Shown: positions 25,751-38,822 of the stretch, one piece after another
Layout of the letters: every line of letters starts with the position of its first letter
Numbering within the stretch: the stretch's first letter is position 1
Source: Octopus sinensis
Lineage: Eukaryota
NCBI RefSeq assembly: GCF_006345805.1
Contig: NC_043005.1
Coordinates: 94,488,001-94,552,000, forward strand
Reading direction: 5' to 3'
Length of the DNA stretch: 64,000 nucleotides
The notes under the pieces: model-generated
Seen by the model: only the letters and a program-made list of their open reading frames with translations
What the model was told of the DNA's origin: nothing
Database searches by the model: none
Made by a program: the position numbers and the translations under genes

Positions 25751-28726
25751 AACCATACTTTCTGCTCATCTTTTACATTTATCGTTAGGAAAACTGTGTA
25801 ATCTATGAAGAAAAAATGTAAAGGCAATTACAATATAATAAAATAGAGGCAACAACGTAAAGGCGAATGGCTTTGTAGTTAGGAGTGTTAGGCTCTTGAC
25901 CATAAAGTCGCGGGTTCTATTCCTGAACTGGGTAATGCATTGTGTTCTTGAGTAAGGCACTTCATTTCATGTTGTCCCAGTCTATCCCAATCAGGTGCTA
26001 GAGCAGCCCTCTCTCCATCCTGCTGTCAGCTTTTAGATGTACCATTGAACGAGATGTGGTGGGGGTGTCGAGAAGTTGTCCATGTTTGTTCGTGACTACA
26101 TAGGCACCTAGTACAATTGGCGAAAGCGTGATATATATCACCAAGTCACATTCACTCGCGCGTGGTGGTTTGCTAGGCTCTACTTAGCAGCCATGTTGCG
26201 TTGTCGTTAGTTTTCCTTTCTGCGCCGATAAAATGAATCTAGAGAAGACATCGTGAATAAGCGCCATCAATTTCGTTCAGAGGGGAAAAAAATCTTTGAA
26301 GAAAGTGTTAAGCGGAATTGACCAACTGACAAGTGGAGCTGTATCGGATATATTAGCTTACTACAATTTTGAAGTACAAACAAGGGAAAATGTAAGAACC
26401 AGGTATTGCTGCAAAAAGAAATCTTAAAAAGAAATCAGTCGAAAGGTTTCAATTAGAAACGGGAAAGTGGAAGATTTACATACAAAAAAAGTATAATGTA
26501 GGATGGTATACGAATAGAAAAGATGCTGTAACCGGGGGGGGGATCGATGTGTTTGTGTGTGTGTGTGTGTGCGTTTGTATATATATATACGCACATATAT
26601 GAATGATTATCTTTTTCAAGGTACCTCGAATACAATCAAAATAGCTCTTAAAAGAGACGTATACATGTATGTGTGTGTGTATATATATCATGTATCTATA
26701 TGAATACATACATACATACATACATACATACATACATGCATACATTTATGTACACATACATGTAATAAGTCTTTCTTTTTTATGAGGTAACTCGGCTACA
26801 TTCGTTGAATCCTCGAAAAAGACATTTCATACTTCCCGATGCTACTAAATTGCAACGTGTATGTATGTATGTGTGTATGTATGTATGTACGTATGTATGC
26901 GTGTGTGCATGTGTGCTTGCATGTATGCATCATTATACAATGCAGTATTATAGATCCTTTTCAGCCTATTTTACCAATTTCGTAGACAAGAGTTTAGGAA
27001 AATACACAATCCTGGCGCTCCTCAGAAAGGCTGGTAGGTTGTGCATGGATTCGGCTCTTTTTCAGTGATGGTCACTACGTGCATGCATGAATGAACAAAG
27101 GTTTTATACAACAATATACTCACATGAAAAGGAAAGCCAGAGAATATATTGGTACATAAGACCAGTATTCAGGATTTGACTGAATTGTTTGAGTTTTGAG
27201 ATGAATATCCACCATAGCCTAAATGGCTAGTAGACTTAATCCGTCATCCGGCTTAACATGATCACCGGACACATTGAGTACCTTTATCAAACCCCACTCT
27301 GTTGTTGCTAGAGTTCGGATCATGTCTCCAGTTTAAGGATAGCTTCCACCCACTCTCCCACAAAACTTGGTTGCCCTACAAAGGGCCAATGGCACTGCCT
27401 TTCCCCACTGATTTTAATTCTGATTAGAAAATAAAACAAATACCTCAATAAATCGTACCAACCATCAAAGAATTCTGAATATTTGTAGTAAAAGACCGAT
27501 AATACCATTTTGCAAGGAGCAATAGCTGTTAGGTATCAGATATCGACATTATATCTTCTTTGATCTCCTGCGATAAAGGATACATGAAGACCCTCGATGA
27601 GAACTGACCAAAGTCTCGTAGAACTATACCTTTGCTTTTATGGCTTCCAAGTCAAGAGGTTTATTGATTATTGAAATTAGTCTTGGAAAGGGACGTTTAC
27701 AGCCATGTTTAACTTGCTTTGTGCACACGACATGAATATGAAGGTCTTCGGTTGTGCTGAACACAACCCATCAATTTAATCGGCATTAGTTGTTGTTGTT
27801 GTTGTGTTGTTGTTGTTGTTCTTCTTCTTCTTCTTCTTCTTCTTCTTCTTCTTCTTCTTCTTCTTCTTCTTCTTCTTCATCCTCTTTTTCTTCTTCTTCT
27901 TCTATACCTACTTATATGCAGACATACACATATATTTACGCGTGTGTGAGTGGGTGTGAGTGAGTGCACGTGTGTGTATGTGAGTACGTGTGTGCGTACG
28001 TGTATGTGTTTGTGTTCGTGTATGTGTGTGCTGTTTCCTTTCGTAAATTCAAAAGTAACGCTCGATGTAACATATATATCACAACCAATAGATATCTAGA
28101 AAATTACATTGCATTTACCACACACACACACAGTTACATGGTGGTAACTTATAATCCTTTAATGGCTTTGTTATTTTCGGCTACACATGGCTTAATTCTG
28201 TTAAAAGGAAATACGAGCGAAGCACTTTCGTTTTCCCCATTTCCAAACTAGAAGATAAAAGATAATGAATAAAGATTGATTTTGATAATGAGGAATTCTT
28301 GTTGCTGTTGATATTTTGATATTTAATAAAAATTCGCGAGGAGGATTAAACTGTGTTCACAGGCAAGTTTTGAACATCTGTCTAACTATGTTTACATGGC
28401 GTTAATAAGATGAAAATAGGAGCGAATCCTAGGAAAATCTATTGAACTATAGGCACAAGGCCTGAAATTCTGGGGAGGAGCTAGTGGATTACATAGATCC
28501 TTCTGCTTAACCGGTATTTATTTTATCGACCCTGAAAGGATGAAAGGCAAAGTTGACTCCCAGAGGAAATGTCGCTAAGCATTTTTTCGACGTGCTAACG
28601 AGTCTGCCAGCTCACCGCCTTTGATAATAATCTTTTCGACTATAGAGACACAAGGCCTGAAATTTTTGTGTAATGGGCTAGCTGATTACATCGATCCTAT
28701 TGCTCAACTGGTACTTATTTTATTGA

Positions 28727-28992
28727 TAAGGCGGTGAGCTGGCAGAAGCATTAGCACGCCGGGCGAAATGCTTAGCAGTATTTCGTTTGCCGCTACGTTC
28801 TGAGTTCAAATTCCACCGAGGTCGATTTTGCCTTTAATCATTTCGGGGTCGATTAAATAAGTACCAGTTACGCACTGGGGTCGATTAAATAATTACCAGT
28901 TACGCACTGGGGTCGATATAATCGTCTTAATCCGTTTATCTGTCTGTGTTTGTCCTCTCTGTGTTTAGCCCCTTGTGGGTAGTAAAGAAATA
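28727..28992 (+). mobile_element. SINE family A nested in an older antisense SINE copy, with a 17-bp target-site duplication
   Basis: ggtacttattttattga at 28710-28726 and again at 28993-29009. There is an internal ~31-bp duplication near 28855-28916. Confidence 0.88.
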
Positions 28993-29434
28993 GGTACTTA
29001 TTTTATTGACTCCGAAAGAATGAAAGGCAAAGTCGACTTCGTCAAAATTTGAACCCAGAATGTAAAGCCTGAAAAAATACCGCCAAGCATCTTATTCCGT
29101 GTGCTAATTATTCTGCCAGCTTTCTGCTTTTGTAAGGTCTAGGATAATAATCTGGAACAATATCTCTATTACATTATGTTTCATTTTAAGAGATAACAGC
29201 AGGACAACAATAACTTATTGGAGGGTGGGGGGGGGGGCTACATCTAAGTTATCAGAGGATGTTGAACTATAGATGTCCTTCCAAAATCCTGATGGAAATG
29301 ATCAGGACGCTGACAGAAAACGAACAGTGGAGTCGTGAGTGCTGATTGATTTACAACACCGATGATTTGAACCATGAACAGGAGAATGTGACGAGCGCGT
29401 CATGACGACTGCAGTAATGAGGTTGATGATGAAA

Positions 29435-29649
29435 ATAATAATGGTGGTGGTGGCGGTAATGATGATGATAATGATGGTGGTGGTGGCGGTAATGATGATG
29501 ATAATAATGGTGGTGGTGGCGGTAATGATGATGATAATAATGGTGGTGGTGGCGGTAATGATGATGATAATGATGGTGGTGGTGGCGGTAATGATGATGA
29601 TAATGATGGTGGTGGTGGCGGTAATGATGATGATAATGATGGTGGTGGT
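29435..29649. repeat. 33-bp minisatellite built from ATG/GTG triplets, ~6.5 copies
   Basis: Unit ataat[a/g]atggtggtggtggcggtaatgatgatg. Confidence 0.93.
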
Positions 29650-29778
29650 CGTGGTCGCGGTGGAGGGTGAGGAGGATGATGGTGGTGGTGGGTGAGGATG
29701 ATGATGATGGTGGTGGTGGTGGGGATGATGGTGATTCATTTAAACGTATTCCTCTGCCAACAACCTTGGTACATTATA

Positions 29779-30014
29779 CCGTAATCCCTCGAATGTCGCC
29801 GGTGTTACGTTCCAAACCCCACCGGGATAGGTGAAAATCTGCGACCTAGAAACAGTACTGTACTGTATATATATTTTATTATTTTCATAATTTGTGTATA
29901 TTTATTTTATTATGAATACAAAACAACACCACGGAGGAATCGACATAAGCTTAAATAATAAATCGCAATTGGAGAACTATGATAGGTGAACCGCAATATG
30001 GCGAGGGATTGCTG
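29779..30014. mobile_element. pogo/Tigger-like MITE
   Basis: TA|ccgtaatccctcg ... cgagggattgctg|TA gives 13-bp TIRs (2 mismatches) and a TA target duplication. Length is 236 bp with no ORF. Confidence 0.7.
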
Positions 30015-31392
30015 TATTGTTCTTATCATCAGGAATCTTACCATTTACTAGTATATTAGTTACTATATTTTATCCTTTAGACTCGGCATAGTCAATACTT
30101 TTTTGACCAGCAGAACGAAATTGAGATATTGCTCATGATAAATCAAACTAAAAGAAAAAATCTAACGTCGTATTAAATTATTGTATGTGCTTCAGTCGGA
30201 TCGTATTCAAGTGTTGTCGCATAATAAACCAAATTGACCGCACGTGATAAGTAGACCGCACTTTACCCATGACTACGTAAGAGCTTGTGTTGTTCATTGG
30301 CGTGTACTACGTAATAAACTTTCTATGTGCAAAATACTGGAAAAATACAAAACTAAATATACAAAAGTGATATTAAACAATATAAAAAATATATGGTTTT
30401 CATCCTATCAGCGGATGTGAGGCATGTTCTGTCTCAAAATGCTGTTTATGGCATCTACTATAATTAACATCAAACTATGAATTTAGAGGATATATTAGAA
30501 ACAAAACAAAGGTAAAAAAAACAAACACACACAACCCTTTTTGTTCCAGCAGCTGCATAACTTGTCCGCCAATTTGATTTCAGATCGCAGATATAAACTA
30601 TCTACAGAAGGCTACATGTGGCAATGATAATATATGAAGCATTGAGTGCGTCTGCGTGTGTGTGAGAGAGTGTATGTGAAAATGTATGCACAAGTTTGTG
30701 AATGTGTGATTATTTGAAAACGCTTACCGTATCTATAAAGAGCTGGATAATACAGCTGGATATTGTTGGAAGAAGGCACATGGCAGCTACTGTTTGTGTT
30801 TGTCTTTGTGTATGTGGGTATATTTGTGAGAGCGCGTGATTGCATATAGGTATATAACTGCCACTCTCTCTCTCTCTCTCCCTAATGTATATCTCTATAT
30901 ATATTGTATATATATGAATGTATGTCATTATTCAGTTTATTCCACGATTTCTTGCCAATAGAGAAAGAACCGGTTTCTAACCTCGATCCAAGGCCCCTTC
31001 ATTGGAATTTCAACATCAACAATAGGGTATTTTTGTATGTATGTATGTATGTATGTATGTATGTATGTATGTATGTATGTATGTATGTATGTATGAATTA
31101 GTTATAGGCTTCATTAGAATCTAGACCCATCAACACGTAGGACACCAGAATTGGCTAGGTACCATATAATATGGTTCACAGAGAGGTAAACAATCATGAC
31201 AGTACTATATTTTGTCAGGATACTGCAGGTATGTAGATATGTAAGCACCAAATCCAGTTATAAACGTAGATCCGACTCAGGGTTGGTTTCTAGTACGATA
31301 GGAATAAAAAAGAACAATGGGATTTAAAATTTATAATAGCTGTGTATATTTTTCGAAATTCCTTCTTTTCTGTTACTACATACATACATACA

Positions 31393-31426
<34 letters not shown>

Positions 31427-31903
31427 CATACTCGCAAATATATGGTCACATAAAAGTAGCTTGTCTTGATTCATGTGAATTTGGAATCAATGATGTGTCA
31501 CAGGTCGGCGTAATGTAACACTGACTATTCTGACCAGAATGCAACCGGAAAGGAGAATATTTCTGCGCTCTTCCTCATTTTAATAACTATATATAGATCT
31601 GAATACATGTGTGAGAAAGTTTTTCATTTTTAGTCAATCAGCAAATAAATAGATAAATAAATGTGCAAATAAAATGGAAATGGAAATGAAAAAAAAAACA
31701 ATTTTGCTTAATTGAAAATGTTCGAGTTTCAATATATCTCAAATGCATCGCCATGAGCTAGAAATATCATGTAAACAGCAATGCAAATGATGATGGTTTA
31801 TTACAGCGCGCGCGCATACAACCCACATACCACTTGCATAACACACACACACAGTCAAGACTATTTTATTGGAATACAAACATGAACTGATGAGTATGTA
31901 TGC

Positions 31904-31935
<32 letters not shown>

Positions 31936-32072
31936 GTATATATCGGGAAGCTTTATGAAAATAGACAAAAGACGAAGGCAGGTGGGAAACAAACAAACAA
32001 TTGTATTAGTATGGCGCTCATCCTAATATAATAATGACCGTAGTATTTTTACATATTTGTAGATACATATAC

Positions 32073-32134
<62 letters not shown>

Positions 32135-32191
32135 CTTTATTAAAAGCAGAAGAAATATCACAAAAAGTTTCACGTTCCGTTCGTCGGACAG
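32135..32191 (-). mobile_element. Fragment of the 41.6-kb hammerhead-bearing repeat with helix III and the cleavage site deleted
   Basis: ctttattaaaagcagaagaaatatcacaaaaagtttcacgttccgttcgtcggacag aligns with 41561-41631. The minus strand keeps CTGT-CCGACGA-ACG(GAA)CGT-GAAAC but lacks TCAGAGTAACAG. It abuts (TA)n. Confidence 0.7.
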
Positions 32192-32517
32192 TTGGGGTGA
32201 TAGATGAATATCGGAGGAAGGGGTGTAAAAAGGATCAGCGTTTCAACTCTGTGTGAATATATGTGTGTGTATGAAAATGGGAGGCGCGCGCGCGCGCGCG
32301 TGTGTGTATGCAATGGAAATGGGCTAGTGAACTTTCAATGCTGAAAAGAAAGCTCAAACAGCATTTCAACTCTGAGTATATGTATGTATGTCTGTGCTTG
32401 TACAAGGGAAGTATGTGAATGTTTGTATCTGTGATTACTATGTACCTTATTTTATACCTTATTTACATATAAAATACTACAATTAGCCGTCTTTTTTGAC
32501 GGCATAGCGTCGGCTAG

Positions 32518-32559
<42 letters not shown>

Positions 32560-32632
32560 TACATACATACATAATATATATACATATATATACACACACA
32601 CACAAACACACACATATATTATTATTATTATA

Positions 32633-33105
32633 TTGGGTTGGCAAGAAAGTAATTTCGATTTTTTAGTGCGAAATAAAAGTCATTTTGTTTTCATACAAAG
32701 AAGGAACTTTAATCAATTATATATTTTCCATTTTGTTCGATGACCTTTTTGCCATCTCTCTGGTAACTTCATGGTTATGCGCTCATAGAACTTCTGGTCC
32801 TTATCAGCCAAGAACTGAAACGAGTGCGATTTTAGGTCATCATCATTATTGAAAGGTTTACCACTGAAAGAATTTTGCAAACCTCGAAATAAATGGTAAT
32901 CTGTTGGCTCAGATCTCATAAGAGATCACTTTCCAACCAAATTCCAATAATTTTTCACGAGTTAGCAAAAACGTGAGTTGTTTAGTGTTGTCATGGTGGA
33001 ACACGATTCCTTTATGATTTGCCAATTCTGGCCATTTTTCTTTGATTGCTTCCTCTAGTTTCATTAGTTTTTGACAGTAAACATCTGAATTGATCGTTTG
33101 CTTCC
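32633..33105 (-). mobile_element. mariner transposase C-terminal remnant with one TIR
   Basis: TINSDVYCQKL...GIVFHHDN and DYHLFRGLQNSF...KLPERWQK. TIR TA|ttgggttggcaagaaagtaatttcgatt. Confidence 0.85.
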
Positions 33106-33429
33106 TTTATGGAAATACAAAAGCAAAACATGGAGAAAATGTTTGTGTTTTGCACTCCATGTTAAAATTGGAAAAAGTGAATAAGCTCCTAAGATTCAGA
33201 GTGGAAAACTACATCGATACACCAAATTTAAAAAATTTCACTTAACTTCAAAATTTCCACACGTGCAGCCAAACTGAACAGATACCATTATAGTTCTAGA
33301 TATGTGCATATATAATTATATGCTAAACTTTTGGGATGACTTGTATCTGTAATCTAATAAGCATTACTTTTTTGTGATTTTGGTACTGAGGCAGTCTGTA
33401 ACATATACTTGTGCCCCAATAATTAACGG

Positions 33430-33460
<31 letters not shown>

Positions 33461-33505
33461 TGTATGTATGTATGTATGTATGTATGTATGTATGTATGTA
33501 TGTCA

Positions 33506-33583
33506 GGTCACTTTCGAGTGCTACTCGTAACATGTAACCCAGTACAACCTGTTGCATGGTCGGGTCGTCGGCGACTAAACTGG
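33506..33583 (+). ncRNA. HDV-like (double pseudoknot) self-cleaving ribozyme candidate
   Basis: P1 GGTCA(33506-10)/TGGTC(33557-61). J1/2 hairpin CGAGT/ACTCG. P2 CCAGT(33539-43)/ACTGG(33579-83). P3 ACA/TGC with one A.C mismatch. L3 ACCTGT. P1.1 CC/GG. P4 TCG(TCGG)CGA. J4/2 CTAA with the catalytic-C position at 33575. Confidence 0.6.
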
Positions 33584-34050
33584 CAACCCCACCAAGCTTG
33601 CTTGGTGAGGAGGGTGTTTATTGGACACTTTGCGGGATGAAAAACAAAACCCGTCAAAGGGCGGAGGAACTCTTGAGAGTCAACGGCTATCCAATAAATG
33701 TCTTAAGGATGTATCATGCATACATAGAAATAATCGGACTGAATACCCGATCGTGCGGTTAAACCACTGGGAGTGAAGGACCCTAGCCTTTGTTAGGGCA
33801 TCCCTCTAGGAGAAGGTAACTCAGGTAACTGGGATAACTCCGACATAAATCCTGCGGCTCAGTGGTTACCGATGATGTTGACTTGTTCTTTTCGGATTAT
33901 GGCTGCTGTTGCTTAGTGAGTGGGATTGACTCAGTGCACAGCCTTTCCTCACTTTGAAAAAAATCTTCTTGCACAGGCATTGCACGATAACAACATTGAT
34001 TAAGCTTCGTGCAATAGCCATACTCGATAACGAGGGGGCAGCCACCAAGT
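33506..34050 (+). mobile_element. ORF-less RTE-like 5'UTR-derived element inserted in (TATG)n
   Basis: Flanked by (TATG)n on both sides, starts with an HDV-like ribozyme fold, and has no RT ORF. RTE affinity is inference. Confidence 0.55.
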
Positions 34051-34241
34051 ATGTATGTATGTATGTATGTATGTATGTATGTATGTATGTATGTATGTAT
34101 GTATGTATGTATGTATGTATGTATGTATGTATGTATGCATGCATGTATGTATGTATGCATGTATGTATGCATGTATGTATGCATGTATGCATGTATGTAT
34201 GTATGTATGTATGTATGTATGTATGTATGCATGCATGTATG

Positions 34242-34280
<39 letters not shown>

Positions 34281-34292
34281 GTATGTATGTAT

Positions 34293-34712
34293 ATTTTATC
34301 TTTATCTTTTATCTTTTACTTGTTTCAGTCATTTGACTGCGGCCATGCTGGAGCACCGCCTTTAGTCGAGCAAATCGACCCCGGGACTTATTCTTTGTAA
34401 GCCCAGTACTTATTCTATCGGTCTCTTTTGCCGAACCGCTAAGTGACGGGGACGTAAACACACCAGCATCGGTTGTCAAGCAATGCTAGGGGGACAAACA
34501 CACAAACACACACACACATACACACACACACATATATATACATATATACGACAGGCTTCTTTCAGTTTCCATCTACCAAATCCACTCACAAGGCATTGGT
34601 CGGCCCGGGGCTATAGCAGAAGACACTTGCCGAAGATGCCACGCAGTGGGACTGAACCCGGAGCCATGTGGTTGGTTAGCAAGCTACTTACCACACAGCC
34701 ACTCCTGCGCCT
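34293..34712 (-). mobile_element. tRNA-derived SINE, family B (CR1-type tail)
   Basis: Head aggcgcaggagtggctgtgtggtaag...ccgggttcagtcccactgcg, an internal (CA)n, and tail ggcggtgctccagcatggccgcagtcaaatgactgaaacaagt(aaaagat)n. Truncated heads of this family lie at ~38540-38660 and ~44990-45140. Confidence 0.85.
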
Positions 34713-35057
34713 ATGTATGTATGTATGTATGTATGTATGTATGTATGTATGTATGTATGTATGTATGTATGTATGTATGTATACATGTATGTATGTATGT
34801 ATGTATGTATGTATGTATGTATGTATGTATGTATGTATGTATGTATGTATGTATGTATGCATGTAATTATGTAAGTATATATGCATGTATGTATAGGCGT
34901 GTAAACATGGATAGCATTGCATGTGAGAATCTGAATTTTCTGATAAACTTATGGACACATATAAGTAATATAGTTCGTGGAAAAATTCAATCAGCCAAGA
35001 TTATCTCCGCAATTTTAAAACAAAAACTTCCTTTTAAGTCTTAAATCATACATGCAA

Positions 35058-35109
<52 letters not shown>

Positions 35110-35947
35110 GCTCAAAAATATACAACTTTTCGATTTAAAGGGAGATTTTTATCTCCAAATTGCAGAGATAATCCCAGTTGATAGAAGTGTTCCACACGCA
35201 TATTAGTTTCTGTGTTTTTCTGTGTATACGTACAGATAGTTTAGTTAAGAGACACAGATTCATACATGCATACATTACAAGTTTAGATTTATACCTGTTA
35301 TTATTGGGTCCTCGGGATATGTAACACACTGCCTAAATACGAATCTTGAGAAATTAGGCTTCCCAAAACCAGAAAGGAGTAAGCCAATTCGAAGAGTACA
35401 GATCCAATCCATCACTAGAGCTGTAAAAATCTGTAGAATTTTCCAGAAGTTTATCATTTAAATATTTATGGGCATGTTTAGATATGCAACTAAATGCATA
35501 AAAATACATTCATAAAGCAAAACATAAATCTGAATACATATATATATATACATACATATATACATACATATATACAAACGAAAATGCCCTGTTGTTGATG
35601 TTGAAATTCCATTGAAGGCCCCTTGGATCTAGGTGAGAAAGCGGCTCTATTGGTAAAAAATCTTGAAATAAAACTGATCAATGACATACATACATACATA
35701 CATACATACATACATACATACATACATACATACATACATACATACACACACACACAGGCGCATGCATAATCTACTCTTCGATTTTTAAAACTGTAGGATG
35801 TGATTTGGTCGATCGACTATGTAGTAGCACAGGGAAAGCTCTCCTTTATCCTCAGCCACATGCAATTTGTAAACAGCTGTTGATAATCTTTGGTAATTGT
35901 TGATAAGCAAATTAATTTCAGCTGTGCATTTACATTTACCATACTAA

Positions 35948-36022
<75 letters not shown>

Positions 36023-36826
36023 TTAGATAAAACAAAAATATACATCTGTTTAATATTGTCTGCTCATTCGCGTCATAGCAACAATACTTGTTAATCGAAA
36101 TATAGTGCAAATTTGTATACTGGCTTGTAAGCATAATTTATACCTTTTCTCTTACAAAATACAATTCATTTAAGTAATTATTGTGAATAATTAAAAATCA
36201 ACAATATAAAGACATTACAAAAAAGAAACATATAGTTATACCATGATTATAGAGTCATTTGATAAAACTTAATTTTTCTTTTCTATAAACTTGTGATTTT
36301 CCTCATTGAATTGTTGTTGCTTTGATCTGATCGTAGGTTAGTTCTGATCGAACCGTGACCATTCAGTCTTCTTATGAGTGTAATGTGCACTTTTTTTTAT
36401 GGCGATCGGGTTTGATTGAATCGGCGATTTAGTTGCTATTTCTTGCGGTTCATGTAAATGTCTCTTGCTCTCTTATGCACAATGAGTTGTTGCTGCAGCT
36501 GCTGGTGTTTAACTGTAGATCAGCTCAGATTTAGGGAGATTATGATGAAGTATATTCCAGTTATGACAATCCTGCCTTTTTGGAAGTATGTCATCAACTA
36601 GATGATATGGTATGTCCTTTCCTGAACTACTATAGTGTAAGTTGAGGGAGATTATTTCACGTCTATGAATCTAGGAATGGATATGCATGCTATTGTTCTG
36701 ATTCTCGCTGCTTTGCTTGCCAATAATAATTTAATATCAGCTTGGCAGGGCCCAACAGGCATCAGTAAATGTTTTGATTGATAGGGACAGTTATTTTCTT
36801 CTAGTTCCAGTGTTCTTGGTGTTGCC

Positions 36827-36871
36827 TGTCACTGAGGAGACACAACAAAGCCGAAATACCGGTGCCTGATA
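36827..36871 (+). ncRNA. Decayed hammerhead-like fold
   Basis: TGTCA-CTGAGGA-GAC(ACAACAAA)GCC-GAAA-TACCGGTG-CC-TGATA. The core and helix I are present, but helix II has a mismatch and U16.1 is C. Confidence 0.35.
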
Positions 36872-37635
36872 CACCCCCGACTGGAGCAAATTCATTTCTC
36901 ATGCACGTCGTCTACAGGGAGAATTAGTTCTCCAAAGTCGAAATCTAACAAGGAAAAGACATGTTGTCATTCAAATCTGGCGAAAGTGTTAATAATGAAC
37001 ATACATATCGTTGTTTGGATTCTTGCAAGTTCTGCCTAATCAGAGATGACAGCGAACTAAACAACAATAACACAGCGAAAAAGTGAAGAAGATGGATTCT
37101 TTTCACGAAATACTCGCGGCTTTGGATTCCCAAGGAATTTACTTGAGAAATGTAACACTTCAGTCCAGTGTTTAAAGAAAATATTTGAAAATTTTTCAGA
37201 CAAGTATCATACATTAAGTTAAAAGTGGCGTGATACAGATTATCTTATTATTATTGCTGTTGATGTTTTTGTTGTTGTTGAAGTTACTGTTGTTGTTATG
37301 TACATATATTCATATGCTCTATGTAAACTATTTATATAAATGGTTTAGCGAAGAAACATATTTACAGAAAAAATGTACAAAAACACATGTACACATGCGC
37401 CCATTCACACGCGAACTCACACGGATACACACACACACACACACACACACACGTATGAATACTTGTGTGTATGTGTAGTCACATACTGTCAGTTATGAAC
37501 AAACATGAACAAACTTTTTCAGACGCACAAATGCAGAGATATTCACAGGATTATTTACATATAAGGAAGTAATAAGAATATATGTGTGTGCATATATATA
37601 TATATATATATACATACACACATACACACTCACAT

Positions 37636-37672
<37 letters not shown>

Positions 37673-37841
37673 CATACTTACAATATACATTATATATAAT
37701 TTGATACAAATATATGCGTGTGTGTATATATGTATGAATATGCATATGTATATATACATGTGTGTATGTACATATAACGTATATGTATATATGTGTATGT
37801 GTGTATGTATATATATATATACACACATATATATATACATA

Positions 37842-37879
<38 letters not shown>

Positions 37880-38736
37880 ATATATATATATATATAATAT
37901 ATATATATATATAATATATATATATATATGTTTATATTTATATTCATTATCGCATACACAGACATACACGCCCACATACACATACACACACGCATATTTA
38001 TAAGAAAGATGGAGTAAGAGAGAGGGGTGAGAGAACGGAATAGAAAAGAAGGAAGATAGAATATTATGTGCGCCAATAATTGTGTTTTAATGTGCGTCAC
38101 ACAATGGAAACAAGAGAGCTTCTCATTGAATTAATGCAACATAGAGAAATTCTTGAGATATTCATCAAAATAATATCAACAAAAGACAAAATAACAAACC
38201 ACAATAAACAAAAAATATAAACAAAGAAACGAAAGAAGTAATAACAAAGTGCTAACAACAAACAAAAAAATGTCCTTCCTTGTTAAATTCGGAATAAGGT
38301 GGGCGTACAGCATGTCTGTGAATCGTCAGTAATGTCCGATCTCATATGGCCCTTGACACAAAAAGAAAAGAAGAAAGAAAGCGGACATAAATGAATGTCC
38401 TCCATATTTGTTGCATATCTTAAACGCTATACGCACGCAGCTGTAATCTGGGAGCGCCATCTTTGACGTTTCCTAGTTGCTGCTGTAGCTTAAAAGCTAT
38501 ATAACCGTCTGTTGTTTACATACCGAAAGAATGTTTGTATAGGTGCAGGCGTGACTGTGGTTTAAGAAGCTCAATTTACAACCACATGGTTCCGGGTCCA
38601 GTACCACCGCGTGGCACTTTGGGCAAATGTCGTCTACTATAATCCTGGTCCAGTGAGTGAAACTGAAATTCAATCGTTTGTATGTATGTATGTATGTATG
38701 TATGTATGTATGTATGTATGTATGTATGTATGTATG

Positions 38737-38819
<83 letters not shown>

Positions 38820-38822
<3 letters not shown>

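Noticed and set aside
27150-27760. Possible very old RT remnant on the - strand (VKHGC resembling VKQGC)
   Set aside because: A single weak motif with no recognisable YADD or continuous frame.
38454-38465. YY1-like motif gcgccatctttg as a promoter
   Set aside because: A lone short motif with no supporting gene structure.
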